Source of the DNA: a virus
Taxonomy: Duplodnaviria > Caudoviricetes
DNA: 54,932 nt
IMG/VR virus record: IMGVR_UViG_3300010413_000058
Span: 1 to 54,932 of that record
Strand: one strand, 5' to 3'
This document shows positions 17,267 through 27,107 of the stretch, one piece after another. The notes below the pieces were generated by a model. It was not told the DNA's origin, made no database searches, and saw nothing but the letters and a program-made list of their open reading frames with translations. The stretch's first letter is position 1. The number at the start of each line of letters is the position of its first letter. A program made the translations under genes and the position numbers.

Positions 17267-17820
17267 TAGGGTAGCTCCTCTCGTCCTAGCAATACTTTCA
17301 ATCTCTCGTTGTAGGGTTTGTAGTAATCAAGAAGTAAACTCCTAACTTCATCATCCATCACTTCTGGGTACTCAGAGATGGATGAATGTTTGGGGAAATC
17401 AGGAAAGGTAACTTTGGGCTCCAATCCCAACCAGTTCTGCACATCAATGAAATACTGATTCGGAGTGGAATAGAACTCTTTCGTGAAATATATCCTGAAT
17501 TGCTGTCGATGAGACACCGAGAACCACCTCTCTAAATGATCTACATATCTCCCTCTCGACAGATAGGAGAAAAAGAACTGGCTACAAAAACATGCTTCAC
17601 TTCTCTGTATAGCCACGAAGGGTAATTTTTCAATTTTATTTATCAATACCTCATGCCAATAAAGAGACCATGCTCCGCTGACAGGCTCCCTCAGAAGGAC
17701 TATAAACCTAGCATCGGGACATGCCCTCTTAATTCTTTCCTCCACTCCTTCTATATCGAAGTATTCAGGGCTTGCATAGAACCCCATTTTTCCATGTATG
17801 AATAAATTAGGCTTTCCCAC
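17266..17820 (-). CDS. Sulfotransferase-like protein with an apparent internal deletion of the 5'-PAPS-binding loop
   Basis: ASPEY..PDARFIVLLREPVSGAWSLY, YLSRGRY..HLERW, YYKPYNERL; no KxGTT motif. Confidence 0.75.
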   Translation of the reverse strand: MGKPNLFIHGKMGFYASPEYFDIEGVEERIKRACPDARFIVLLREPVSGAWSLYWHEVLINKIEKLPFVAIQRSEACFCSQFFFSYLSRGRYVDHLERWFSVSHRQQFRIYFTKEFYSTPNQYFIDVQNWLGLEPKVTFPDFPKHSSISEYPEVMDDEVRSLLLDYYKPYNERLKVLLGREELP

Positions 17821-19007
17821 TATATCTCCTGATACACTCTAAAGCTAACCCAGTTATTAGCATCATAATAATTGCTCAAGCTAGTTGTGATTGTCCCTTC
17901 GAGAGTGAACTCTTCATCCACAGACGCCGTATTATTGGTATCCATATCTACCCATTGCCCACCTCCTGTTACCCTATCTCGAATTTGTAATTTTATAGCG
18001 TTAGAAGATGGAGCCAATGAACTTTTCCCCTTCCAGGTTACCGCTATGGGGTCTGTATTATTACTATGTCGATTTTTAAACTGAAATATTGCATATTCAC
18101 CGTCTGCTGTCTGCAACGTGTATATATTATCATCCAGCCTTACATTCTTTACTTCTTCAATACTAAAAGAGTTTTCCAAATCATCGTCATTTGTAGGTAA
18201 AACTGCGTAGTCACCACGAGTATAAAGTATCCCCGTATAGGGCAATTTAGTAAACGGCTTATATGGAATAATGTGCTGATATGGGTTGTAGAGAAGTTGT
18301 GCCATTTGATTTGCGTCAAACATATAAGACCAGAAACCCGCCCAATAAGTCTTTGTTAACTGGATTCTATCACTAGCAAAATTTGCTATATACAATGATT
18401 CACTTGTAGGGCCAGCTACGGAAGGAGTAAGATTTCTCACCTCAACAAGATTTTTATATAAATAACCCGTAGTTCCATTCCAGGCAATAATCCATAACAC
18501 AATATCTCCGGCAACTATATCTGATGTGCCACCCAAACTGTAACTATCTCTCAATCCAAGTATATACTGAGTGCTTGAATATCTACCCCCATAAAGTCTA
18601 ACTCCACCGGCAAATCTGCCATTAGCAGGAGTATACGATGTGCTTATACTATCTATTCGTTGTACTACAGCAAAGGTAAATGGTGTAGCAAATGGATGAG
18701 TGTATCCAGTATCAATGCAAGCTCCCGAAGTTACACCATCATTGTAAATACCGCCTCCTTGCCAGGTTATCGAACTTGCTTCTATTATCGTAGCATCTAA
18801 ATCTCTAACTAGACACCGTGGAGGATGGGAGTCTTCGTTCAATATATAATAAAACTCGCACCTATCCGCTAACCAGTGAGCTTTGTCCATCTCGCACGGA
18901 AACGACGGTTTTTCGCACATTTCTACAAATGGATTGACATCTGTATTATAGAGAAATCTGCGCCTGGAAAACAATTGCTCTATATGGCGTTTTTGTCGTG
19001 CTTTCAT
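17820..19007 (-). CDS. LamG/concanavalin-like domain virion protein
   Basis: IIAWNGTTGYLYKN..LYIAN..QLLYNPY pattern. Confidence 0.55.
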   Translation of the reverse strand: MKARQKRHIEQLFSRRRFLYNTDVNPFVEMCEKPSFPCEMDKAHWLADRCEFYYILNEDSHPPRCLVRDLDATIIEASSITWQGGGIYNDGVTSGACIDTGYTHPFATPFTFAVVQRIDSISTSYTPANGRFAGGVRLYGGRYSSTQYILGLRDSYSLGGTSDIVAGDIVLWIIAWNGTTGYLYKNLVEVRNLTPSVAGPTSESLYIANFASDRIQLTKTYWAGFWSYMFDANQMAQLLYNPYQHIIPYKPFTKLPYTGILYTRGDYAVLPTNDDDLENSFSIEEVKNVRLDDNIYTLQTADGEYAIFQFKNRHSNNTDPIAVTWKGKSSLAPSSNAIKLQIRDRVTGGGQWVDMDTNNTASVDEEFTLEGTITTSLSNYYDANNWVSFRVYQEI

Positions 19008-19010
19008 AGC

Positions 19011-19445
19011 CTATGCCGGAGAATAGGTTTTTACTTTGAGGGTCACTCCACTAGACGGAAATGATACTCCTGTTTTGTTTGTCAATCTGTACTTGTATTT
19101 AAGCGGCCCTATTGGATGCAGGTCGAGAGTAGCATACCGCTGCCCAGAAGCCTTTGCAAAGCGTATCCTACCAATAACCTCCCCTGCCGCATAAGAAGTT
19201 GGATAATTTGTTCCATCATAACTTGCAATCTGTCGTAGTTCACAATATGGAAAGTTGTCGCCACCCGACATATCAGTAGACGCCCCAAGATCAAGTTGAA
19301 ATACAGCATGACTCTCAAGATTGGACGTATTGTCGAGAGCATTGTCATCACAGTCAACACTTCCCTCGTCAGCCAAGCTGTTAAAGCCTGTGGTTTCTAG
19401 GGTTACTTCATTTGCCGCTGCTTCCCACCAAGGCATTTTACTCAC
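19011..19445 (-). CDS. Hypothetical beta-rich virion-associated protein
   Basis: ORF with SD GGAGG. Confidence 0.55.
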   Translation of the reverse strand: MSKMPWWEAAANEVTLETTGFNSLADEGSVDCDDNALDNTSNLESHAVFQLDLGASTDMSGGDNFPYCELRQIASYDGTNYPTSYAAGEVIGRIRFAKASGQRYATLDLHPIGPLKYKYRLTNKTGVSFPSSGVTLKVKTYSPA

Positions 19446-19448
19446 CTC

Positions 19449-19862
19449 CTATTCAGGATAGTTTTTCGCATCTGCTACTATCTGCTCAAAGATAGTCGGC
19501 AGTCCTAGCTCTGTGGCCCTGGAAGCGTTTTCCTTCCTGGCATTTTGTAAGTTGCTCATTGTTGTTGAACCTACACCAAATATATATTCTACAAACGCTA
19601 CAGCTACGGTATTAAATGGGTCGATTTCTCCTATGCCACAAAACCCTATCCACTGACTTTTTTTACTGTCTGAAAGAGCCGCATATTCTGCTGCGCTGGT
19701 ATTATAAAATACCTCTGCTCCTGTCATGCTCAATTTGTTTATTTGGCGATAGACAGTGTTCAAATCGTTAGCAATTTCCTGATTTGACATACTGCTGTAA
19801 CCTCGCCCTAGAGGATCAGTAACAATTTCAGACTTCAAAATAAACCACTGATTCACATCCAT
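19449..19862 (-). CDS. Hypothetical protein
   Basis: LKSEIVTDPLGRGY...SRATELGL; SD GGAGGTGA. Confidence 0.65.
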   Translation of the reverse strand: MDVNQWFILKSEIVTDPLGRGYSSMSNQEIANDLNTVYRQINKLSMTGAEVFYNTSAAEYAALSDSKKSQWIGFCGIGEIDPFNTVAVAFVEYIFGVGSTTMSNLQNARKENASRATELGLPTIFEQIVADAKNYPE

Positions 19863-19877
19863 TGTTTTTCACCTCCG

Positions 19878-20174
19878 TTACTTGATTACTCTTAGTCTTT
19901 CCCTTTCCTTTTCTCTAGCATCAAAGATCGCCTCAAGTATGGACATCTGCCTGCGTACCCACTCCTTATGCTCTATAAATTGCTCCACATACCGACTATT
20001 CGTTTGCTTCAGTTTCTCAACCACCTCATCAAACGCTTCTACCCTAAGATAAAGCCTGTCTGCTTCATGGAAGAGAGCCAAGAGATCGGCTTTATCTTGA
20101 CCTTCTTCCATGTCTACTACTGCATTGTATAGATCGACAAATTTCTCACTCGGCTTCACGGTTCTTTGCCTCAA
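19878..20174 (-). CDS. Hypothetical coiled-coil protein
   Basis: Fills the gap; start uncertain. Confidence 0.5.
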   Translation of the reverse strand: MRQRTVKPSEKFVDLYNAVVDMEEGQDKADLLALFHEADRLYLRVEAFDEVVEKLKQTNSRYVEQFIEHKEWVRRQMSILEAIFDAREKERERLRVIK

Positions 20175-20178
20175 TACA

Positions 20179-20640
20179 TTACGGTGTGCTTACATTTCTC
20201 AAGTTTGTTGGGGCTGCCATTGCTGCAAAGAACCTTATACCAAAATCCACGCCATCCTTGCAGTCTGCTGGATTGTCCGACCAAGCAAAATTACTTTCAG
20301 GAACCACAGGCTGGCTTGTAGCATCTTCTGCTAAAAACGAAGTTACCCCTACAAAATACGTGCCCTTAGTATTGAGGGTGATCGTATATTGCGTTTGATT
20401 AGTTGTCCCAACTTTAGCAGGATTTGCCTTACCTGGGTCAGTTGCAGAGTTAGCCAAATATACGTTGTACTCCATGTGGAATCCAGTTGGGATAGGATCA
20501 CCATCTACATCCTGTGTTACTGCATCCCACGATACTGTTGACTGATTAGCCGTTACCCAAGTCAGGGCCATAGCCGGAGTTACAACATAGCAGAGAATGA
20601 ATGGAATCATCAACAACATTGCCGCTAACTTTTTCTTCAT
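20179..20640 (-). CDS. Secreted fibronectin type III-like protein
   Basis: Signal peptide MKKKLAAMLL...AMA; TVSWDAV...YNVY...GTYFVGVTS...ESNF...APTNL. Confidence 0.75.
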   Translation of the reverse strand: MKKKLAAMLLMIPFILCYVVTPAMALTWVTANQSTVSWDAVTQDVDGDPIPTGFHMEYNVYLANSATDPGKANPAKVGTTNQTQYTITLNTKGTYFVGVTSFLAEDATSQPVVPESNFAWSDNPADCKDGVDFGIRFFAAMAAPTNLRNVSTP

Positions 20641-20651
20641 AATACACCTCC

Positions 20652-23600
20652 TTATGGTGAAGTTATTCCAAAAGCTCCATCTCCCGATGCACCACTGCTT
20701 AGCCCTAAGTTACCTGTAGCTGCAGGTTCAAATCCTACTACACCACCCGAACCCGTCCCTCCTTCTTCCTCCGTACTAAATGAACGAATTACTGGAGTTC
20801 CGCCAACGGGCGAACCATTAACGTCAATACCTAGCTTCGTCACTATGTATACTGTTTGCCCGTTAGGTAATGTATCGGCTGGGATAGTTTTGCTGTACAG
20901 ATTAGAGGCATCCCAAGGGTCGCCAGCAGGCCAATGCTTTGTTACACAGCCAGTATCAGCGCAAGCTGCCCAGTATGTATATTCATGTTCCCTATTGGTG
21001 TAGATTTGATTTTGGTCTATTTCAAGTGTTATGGTTTGGGTGACATCAACGTCAATCGCACCATTGCTAGGCGTAGACCCACTGTAGGTTGCGGCCAAGG
21101 GGATAAATTCATCAAGCTCCAAGGAATTGGATGAGCCAAAAAAACCACTGTGGTTTTCGTGGGTAGAGGTATTGCACATCCAGCCACCGTCCGCTCCCGC
21201 CCAGAACATGGCAAGACTAATTTCTGGAAAATCGCTTGAGATTATATCCAGCCACTCTGTTTTCAGGTTTAGCTTACCTTTACCGTTTGCTAAGCAACCA
21301 TCATTTGGATGGTCTGGGTCATAGTAAGCGTCAGCACCATGACCAGTTTCTGCAAGCCATAATATTTTATGATGTGCCTGGGAGTATTCTTTTAGATCAT
21401 CATAAAGGGTTTTGGTTCTACTGATGTCCGTTCCAAGCGTGGTTCCCCTACTGTTCATTATGTCAACATTTGCTCCTGGGTCTGACAGATTGCTGTAATT
21501 GATGTAGAGATTTCCGTACTCGCTATCGGACGCTGACCCACCTTGAAAATAATAAGTATTGTTAGTGTCCTTACATTCATCTATGCTAGCCGTCTCCGTT
21601 AATGTAGTGGCACTTACCCTGACGGAATACGGCCTCCCATTATAGTAATCTGCGTTCGTTGCTAAGTTGGCGTAATAAAGACCCGTTGCGTGTTGTGACC
21701 AAATATCTGCAATATCAATCCAACTTGCTGAATCATAATTTTTGATGGTGCATGGATTGAATGTGAAATTCGCAAAAGCTCCCACATACTGCGTCCACCC
21801 TATGACATCCACTACATCGTCGCCTGGGTACCAAACCCTCCAATCACTCCTGTCTGACGAAGTCTGAATACCTGTTTGTGAAACTGCCTGGTACGCAAAA
21901 ATCTCATTCGTTAGTCCCTGTACTGGAACTGTGCTAACTGTGCATCCACTATAGTTGGAACCTAATGGGTCGCCGCTTATGGTCCCACTAACTTGTGCCC
22001 ATGTTCCACTCGTCAACTCAAAGTAAACAACGTCATCAAAATCTGATTCATTGGCGTACAATGCAATGCCTGTCGCACCACCACCGAAGGTGATAGTTTC
22101 ATGTGCATTAGTCGGTATCCCATCAACAAGAGTTCCTTGAGCATAGTAGTTGTCAACATCGCAAGCACCATCTACAGTCGTCACCTTTCCAAAATTCCTG
22201 TGGACTTCAACGTATCTGCGAAATGCCGCCTTGAACTTTGCTGGTGTTGCGGTATCAGTTCTGTCTTTAGAGTAGTGGAACCATTCACCATTTGTTTCAC
22301 CCATTAACTTTGTCAATACCGTAGCATCTGCTTGTTCCTTCCAGTATGCTACATCAATGGCATTGGTCGTTACCATATTGAGAAATCTATCAGTTGAGGC
22401 ATACGTTCCTGGTGACAGAACCACTTCGGCCCAATCACCACAGCCAGTATGAGTACGGTAATTGCAGCCAATTATTTTATAGCTATCACCAGTTCTAACA
22501 TCATCGTTGTAAAAATCTGAACCAACCACCGTAGTCAGAAAGGTAGCCTCATTGCCCTGTATCTCATATTCAATTCCCTCTGCGTCACATCCATCACAAT
22601 CAGTAATAACCACGTAATAGCCGTCATAGACGTTATGTTCCCAATTCTGTGTACTATCTGTAAGATTTTGGGCCGTTGGATTAGACGTTAATGTACCGTC
22701 AGATTTTCCTCCTGATTCACACCCAAATAATACACTGCTTGTACTGCTATCATATAAATTCCATGCACAGTCGCTATCCCACGGATCAGAAAATTCGTGT
22801 GGTGACATGGCAATGAAGGCACCGTTATTCCATACTATTAAGCCTGTAGAAAAAGCATCATCCCACGGTGGAGTCCGTCTCACTCCACCACCAACAAATG
22901 CTGGCATTTCCCCGAAAGCACTATCGCAACTATTTGCACTGCCTTCCACATAATCATAATATGATCCAGTTGCACTGTCCCAATCGGCATCGCCATCGCC
23001 TAGCCACTGCCCAGGTATAACCTTGCCCGTACCCCTCAATGCCCATATATAATTCAGCATGGCTAGAGCATTTGCGTCATATTTATCGGTTGACCACACC
23101 AACTGATCGTCAGCATCCGTACCGTCACTTGTTATTCTGGTGAGCCACACCGCAACATTTGTATAGCTCGGTCTACCCTGCGCCGTGTCAAGCGTAAAAG
23201 AGCCATCTGATGTTTGCGTAATGGTTCCTGTGCTTCCATTTACATGACCATCTATCCTGTACCATTCGTAGTAATATTTCCCCGCTGGCAAGTAAACATT
23301 AAAAGGTGAATTAGCCTCTTGAAGAATTATATAGTCATGCCCAGGATTAGCCGTACACCACCCCGTAGTAGAGCAATCGCCACTTCCCATGCTTTGACCA
23401 TCATCGGGATACATACCTCCCAAGTCGAACACCTGCCTTGTCCACGACACGATCTTACCTGAACTGTACCTTACATCATCATAGGCTGTTGTTTCTAAAG
23501 TCCAGTCGTCAAAAGGTGTGTCATAATTAGTATAGTGGTAACCCCTAGTAAATAATTTCCACGGCAGCACCGCATCATCGTCATTTTGGCTTATGCTATT

Positions 23601-24626
23601 GTGGTCTATATCCACCATGATTGGCATTTTTACACTGCTATTTATAATAGGAATGTCGCCTGATTCCGGTGGGTTATTCGCTTTCAAGGTGAAACCGAAT
23701 GTATCCAAAGTATATTCGTCACCACCAAAGACGCTAAATCCTTCTGTTCCTTTAATTGTACTCCAAGTATAGGAACCTGGACTCGAACCACAACCACCTG
23801 AGCCTTCCGTCACCATACCTGGGGTAATCATAAAAAGTCTGCTATCGTAGTTTGTGGCAGCCTTGACATAGCCAATAAGGTCTTCATACGTTCCTAATGA
23901 TGGGTAACCCTGCTCATTGTATGGTTCAAAATACCAATTATCCAAATCATGCAAGTTATTCATTAATGCTTGCGCCCAAGCCTGTTGATAACTTTGCAAT
24001 GTTGAGGACGGACTTTCAAAAAACTCCATTGCACAACCATCGTCGTCGGTATCTGCATCCAAGCTGTTTTCGTTATTATCTTCACTAAACGGATTGCCAA
24101 ACCAGTTATTATCACCTGGCGTAGTTTTGAAGCAAAAATTTTCGTAGATCATCACACTTACATAGACACCTATGTCCTGCAAATCCTCAATCCTATCGTG
24201 TAGCCTAGTGAAGAAACCAGAATTAAACCCCTGTGTCAAATCGTATGTAGCTTTACCATCATTCGCAGTCCCTGGTCCTGTTCTGACATATATTTCTGGG
24301 TAACTACTATCATCACTGGTGTTATTACTGGTAGATGAAACGTCAATCCACAGGCGAATGAAGTTGTAGCCACGGGCTTGCAGAAACGTAAGATACTTGT
24401 CCCAATCAAGTGCTGAATCACCATCGTATGTGTTTCTCCCCGTACCAAGACTATGAGGATAATCACGGACTATACCGAATATCTGCGTACCGCTGAGATA
24501 CAAGGGGTTGCCGTTTTCATCAGCAAAGTATATGGGGTTCGATTTGTACACACTAATAGGTGCGGTAAAGGAAACCGCCGGAATCAACAATGCCACGATT
24601 GACAATAGTAGTATTACTCTTCTCAT
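20652..24626 (-). CDS. Large secreted protein: clan GH-A-like TIM barrel, beta domain, and GH26-like barrel with insertions
   Basis: Signal peptide; GYNFIRLW and FEPYNE; GETNGEWF, WYPGDDVVDVIG, KILWLAETG. Confidence 0.7.
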   Translation of the reverse strand: MRRVILLLSIVALLIPAVSFTAPISVYKSNPIYFADENGNPLYLSGTQIFGIVRDYPHSLGTGRNTYDGDSALDWDKYLTFLQARGYNFIRLWIDVSSTSNNTSDDSSYPEIYVRTGPGTANDGKATYDLTQGFNSGFFTRLHDRIEDLQDIGVYVSVMIYENFCFKTTPGDNNWFGNPFSEDNNENSLDADTDDDGCAMEFFESPSSTLQSYQQAWAQALMNNLHDLDNWYFEPYNEQGYPSLGTYEDLIGYVKAATNYDSRLFMITPGMVTEGSGGCGSSPGSYTWSTIKGTEGFSVFGGDEYTLDTFGFTLKANNPPESGDIPIINSSVKMPIMVDIDHNSISQNDDDAVLPWKLFTRGYHYTNYDTPFDDWTLETTAYDDVRYSSGKIVSWTRQVFDLGGMYPDDGQSMGSGDCSTTGWCTANPGHDYIILQEANSPFNVYLPAGKYYYEWYRIDGHVNGSTGTITQTSDGSFTLDTAQGRPSYTNVAVWLTRITSDGTDADDQLVWSTDKYDANALAMLNYIWALRGTGKVIPGQWLGDGDADWDSATGSYYDYVEGSANSCDSAFGEMPAFVGGGVRRTPPWDDAFSTGLIVWNNGAFIAMSPHEFSDPWDSDCAWNLYDSSTSSVLFGCESGGKSDGTLTSNPTAQNLTDSTQNWEHNVYDGYYVVITDCDGCDAEGIEYEIQGNEATFLTTVVGSDFYNDDVRTGDSYKIIGCNYRTHTGCGDWAEVVLSPGTYASTDRFLNMVTTNAIDVAYWKEQADATVLTKLMGETNGEWFHYSKDRTDTATPAKFKAAFRRYVEVHRNFGKVTTVDGACDVDNYYAQGTLVDGIPTNAHETITFGGGATGIALYANESDFDDVVYFELTSGTWAQVSGTISGDPLGSNYSGCTVSTVPVQGLTNEIFAYQAVSQTGIQTSSDRSDWRVWYPGDDVVDVIGWTQYVGAFANFTFNPCTIKNYDSASWIDIADIWSQHATGLYYANLATNADYYNGRPYSVRVSATTLTETASIDECKDTNNTYYFQGGSASDSEYGNLYINYSNLSDPGANVDIMNSRGTTLGTDISRTKTLYDDLKEYSQAHHKILWLAETGHGADAYYDPDHPNDGCLANGKGKLNLKTEWLDIISSDFPEISLAMFWAGADGGWMCNTSTHENHSGFFGSSNSLELDEFIPLAATYSGSTPSNGAIDVDVTQTITLEIDQNQIYTNREHEYTYWAACADTGCVTKHWPAGDPWDASNLYSKTIPADTLPNGQTVYIVTKLGIDVNGSPVGGTPVIRSFSTEEEGGTGSGGVVGFEPAATGNLGLSSGASGDGAFGITSP

Positions 24627-24635
24627 ACTGCACCT

Positions 24636-26066
24636 TTATGGTTTGAATGCTGCGGTTACGCTCACCCAATTATCTGACGAAGACATACTAAATGCTTTTG
24701 CAGCCGTTGCACCTGCACTAGCCTGTTCAAAAACACCAAATGCCGCCAAGACTCCAGCACTCGTGTCCTGCTGTTCTTCTAGTATTTGTGTATCAACGCT
24801 AGGCCACGAACTTACCGATTGCACACCCGCTGTATCCTGTGATATGGCAACAAACACAAGGGAATTGTCTTGGTTGGTAGTCACTGAAGGAGCCGTGGCA
24901 GTAGAGCTTTCAGCCTCATCCTTGCCACTCACATCCAACGGAGAACCCGCTGCCCCCGTAACCCTTGCTATTGCACAAACGTAGTCGGCAGCAGCAGAAA
25001 ATGTCCAAGAATAATTTGACGGCTCACTCCCGCCGGCCACCTGGTACCAAACTGATAATGATGCGGAACTTCCATGTATGTCTTGCTGAATTACGGTAAA
25101 TTCTGAACTGTCAGAACTATGTGTTCGTCCATCATCGCTGGCTACCATCGCAACCAGTAAGTCACCGCTAGACGTTCCACTCGGTTTCGTAACTGTACAG
25201 CCAGTAGAATCGCCCTTTGCGTATTGGTAACTCTCGTAAACTGGAGTGCCTGAAGGTGGAGCTTCGCCAGGAGGTTCTATAAGAGCCGTACTGACTGTGA
25301 CTTCATCTACATAGTAATAACAGCTAGTAGTGGAATTTGAGGTATCCTCAAAGTAGATTGCCCTAACCGCATAGTCAGCGCCATCTTCATACAGGATATA
25401 GTTTGAGGAGTTGGTCTGTAACTGTGTTGGAGTGTCGGTCCACACTCGCAATTCACAGCCATTGGCTGTGTTGCGTCGCCCACGTAAAGCTATATAATAG
25501 ACATTTCCTGCTGTGAGGGTGAAATACTCGGAAGGAGAGGACGTCATATCAAAGGACAACTTTTGAACGCCTGATTCATCCCGCAGGTGAATATCACATA
25601 CTGAATTGCTGGTGTCGCTGTCGTTGATGTGTCCTATATAGCCAGAATATGCATCAGTTGGCACATCTGGGGCTTTATACCACCAGTGAAAGTATCGGTC
25701 TGTCTGGTCAGAGTTAAGAACACCCCCAATGTTACAGGCTGGATCACCATCGGTATTGCAGTTGTTATTGTTATTAACTTCTATTTCAACCGAATGAGAA
25801 AGATGTTTTGACCATGCCGTAGAGTAGGTGTTTATGTGGTTCCCACTTGCACCGCTATCGTCAATTACCCAATCATTCGAGCAGAAATCATCCGCTCCAT
25901 ATTCAAACGACTCTATGATGTCACCACCACCCCAATCAAGAGAGCCAGTACAACTGTAACCCGATTCTCCACCTCCGATGAATACAAGATTAATGCCACC
26001 AGGAAAGGCCAAACTAGGCACGGTCAATAAAAGCAGAAGAATTACGAGTGATAAATACCTTTTCAT
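24636..26066 (-). CDS. Secreted Ser/Asp/Cys-rich beta-sandwich protein
   Basis: Signal peptide MKRYLSLVILLLLLTVPSLA; C-terminal KPSGTSSGDLLVA...EPSNYSWT...APSVTT domain. Confidence 0.7.
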   Translation of the reverse strand: MKRYLSLVILLLLLTVPSLAFPGGINLVFIGGGESGYSCTGSLDWGGGDIIESFEYGADDFCSNDWVIDDSGASGNHINTYSTAWSKHLSHSVEIEVNNNNNCNTDGDPACNIGGVLNSDQTDRYFHWWYKAPDVPTDAYSGYIGHINDSDTSNSVCDIHLRDESGVQKLSFDMTSSPSEYFTLTAGNVYYIALRGRRNTANGCELRVWTDTPTQLQTNSSNYILYEDGADYAVRAIYFEDTSNSTTSCYYYVDEVTVSTALIEPPGEAPPSGTPVYESYQYAKGDSTGCTVTKPSGTSSGDLLVAMVASDDGRTHSSDSSEFTVIQQDIHGSSASLSVWYQVAGGSEPSNYSWTFSAAADYVCAIARVTGAAGSPLDVSGKDEAESSTATAPSVTTNQDNSLVFVAISQDTAGVQSVSSWPSVDTQILEEQQDTSAGVLAAFGVFEQASAGATAAKAFSMSSSDNWVSVTAAFKP

Positions 26067-27094
26067 TAGTTACCTTCCACTATGTAAGCTGAGCACCATA
26101 TTTGAAGATAATCGATGTCTTCGCTGTCTACTGTTGCGTAAATAATACTGCCAGCCGAAATAGTTCCGCTATCAATAGTTCCGTTATCTTCGCATTCGTA
26201 CACATTGGTGCAGGTTATTGCTTCTATTGTAGTTGGCGACCCATCACTAGGGGAACTGTAATCCTTCAACGTCACTGTATAAGTCACTGTGTTGTCATCA
26301 AGTTTCAATCCGCAATCAGTTATTATTATGCCATGAGGGTAGTAATCGTCCTCTATCGGCCACAGCGGAAAAGTAGATACTGCCTGACCATCAGGGTCAA
26401 CAATCGTAGCGACTAATGGCTTATCCCTGCAGGCATATAGCCTTGACCCCACAGAATCACGGACCTCAATACAGGCATCATTGTTATCGTGAGCAATGCG
26501 GCCCTCGGCGGCTGTAGTAGGCTCGTTAGCATTCGGCAGAGTGATGTATGATACGTTCATGGTGTTTGACCAGGAGGGCGTGCCAGAGCTAACCATCAAC
26601 ACTTCGCCGTTATTACCAATGGCAAACCTGGTCAAGGTGCTTGAACTATATCTAAGCAGATCACCTTCTGCCCATCCTGAAATTGCCGCTAATTCGTCCA
26701 GTTCTGAGTCTTGAGGTTGTGCTCCTATACTCGCCACCGCTTCTGGTCCTGTTGTTGCTCCAGTTCCACCTGCTGGTATTGGTAGATTCTGCAATATCCA
26801 TCTACCATTTCCAGCTCCATCAGGATCTACTATACTAGGTAAATTTTCATCTTCACCACTATCCTCATCATATTTATAAAACAGAGGACCACCATAGGTA
26901 GAATCGGAAGGAACAACGGCGGTTTCTCCATCAATCATTCCTGTCAAATCATCTAAATCATACCCTGTGGTACAACCACCATCAATACATTTTCTGCCAT
27001 AATGTTTTTGCTGTGCCCACCCTTTACCCGGTAAAACCGTTAAAAGGAATGTGAAGAATACCAGGATCGTCATAATAGGGTATCTTCTCACCAC
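26066..27094 (-). CDS. Signal-peptide-bearing tail-fibre-like protein
   Basis: SD AAGGAGGTGA then GTG; hydrophobic N-terminus ending GWA; LPIPAGGTGATT and QPQDSELDELAA tail-fibre motifs. Confidence 0.65.
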   Translation of the reverse strand: MVRRYPIMTILVFFTFLLTVLPGKGWAQQKHYGRKCIDGGCTTGYDLDDLTGMIDGETAVVPSDSTYGGPLFYKYDEDSGEDENLPSIVDPDGAGNGRWILQNLPIPAGGTGATTGPEAVASIGAQPQDSELDELAAISGWAEGDLLRYSSSTLTRFAIGNNGEVLMVSSGTPSWSNTMNVSYITLPNANEPTTAAEGRIAHDNNDACIEVRDSVGSRLYACRDKPLVATIVDPDGQAVSTFPLWPIEDDYYPHGIIITDCGLKLDDNTVTYTVTLKDYSSPSDGSPTTIEAITCTNVYECEDNGTIDSGTISAGSIIYATVDSEDIDYLQIWCSAYIVEGN

Positions 27095-27107
27095 CAGAAT
27101 CACCTCC

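Noticed and set aside
16337-26066. N-x-S/T sequon enrichment in accessory proteins as evidence of N-glycosylation or an archaeal host
   Set aside because: The proteins are Asn/Ser/Thr-rich, so the counts may be compositional; the endolysin and holin point to a bacterial host
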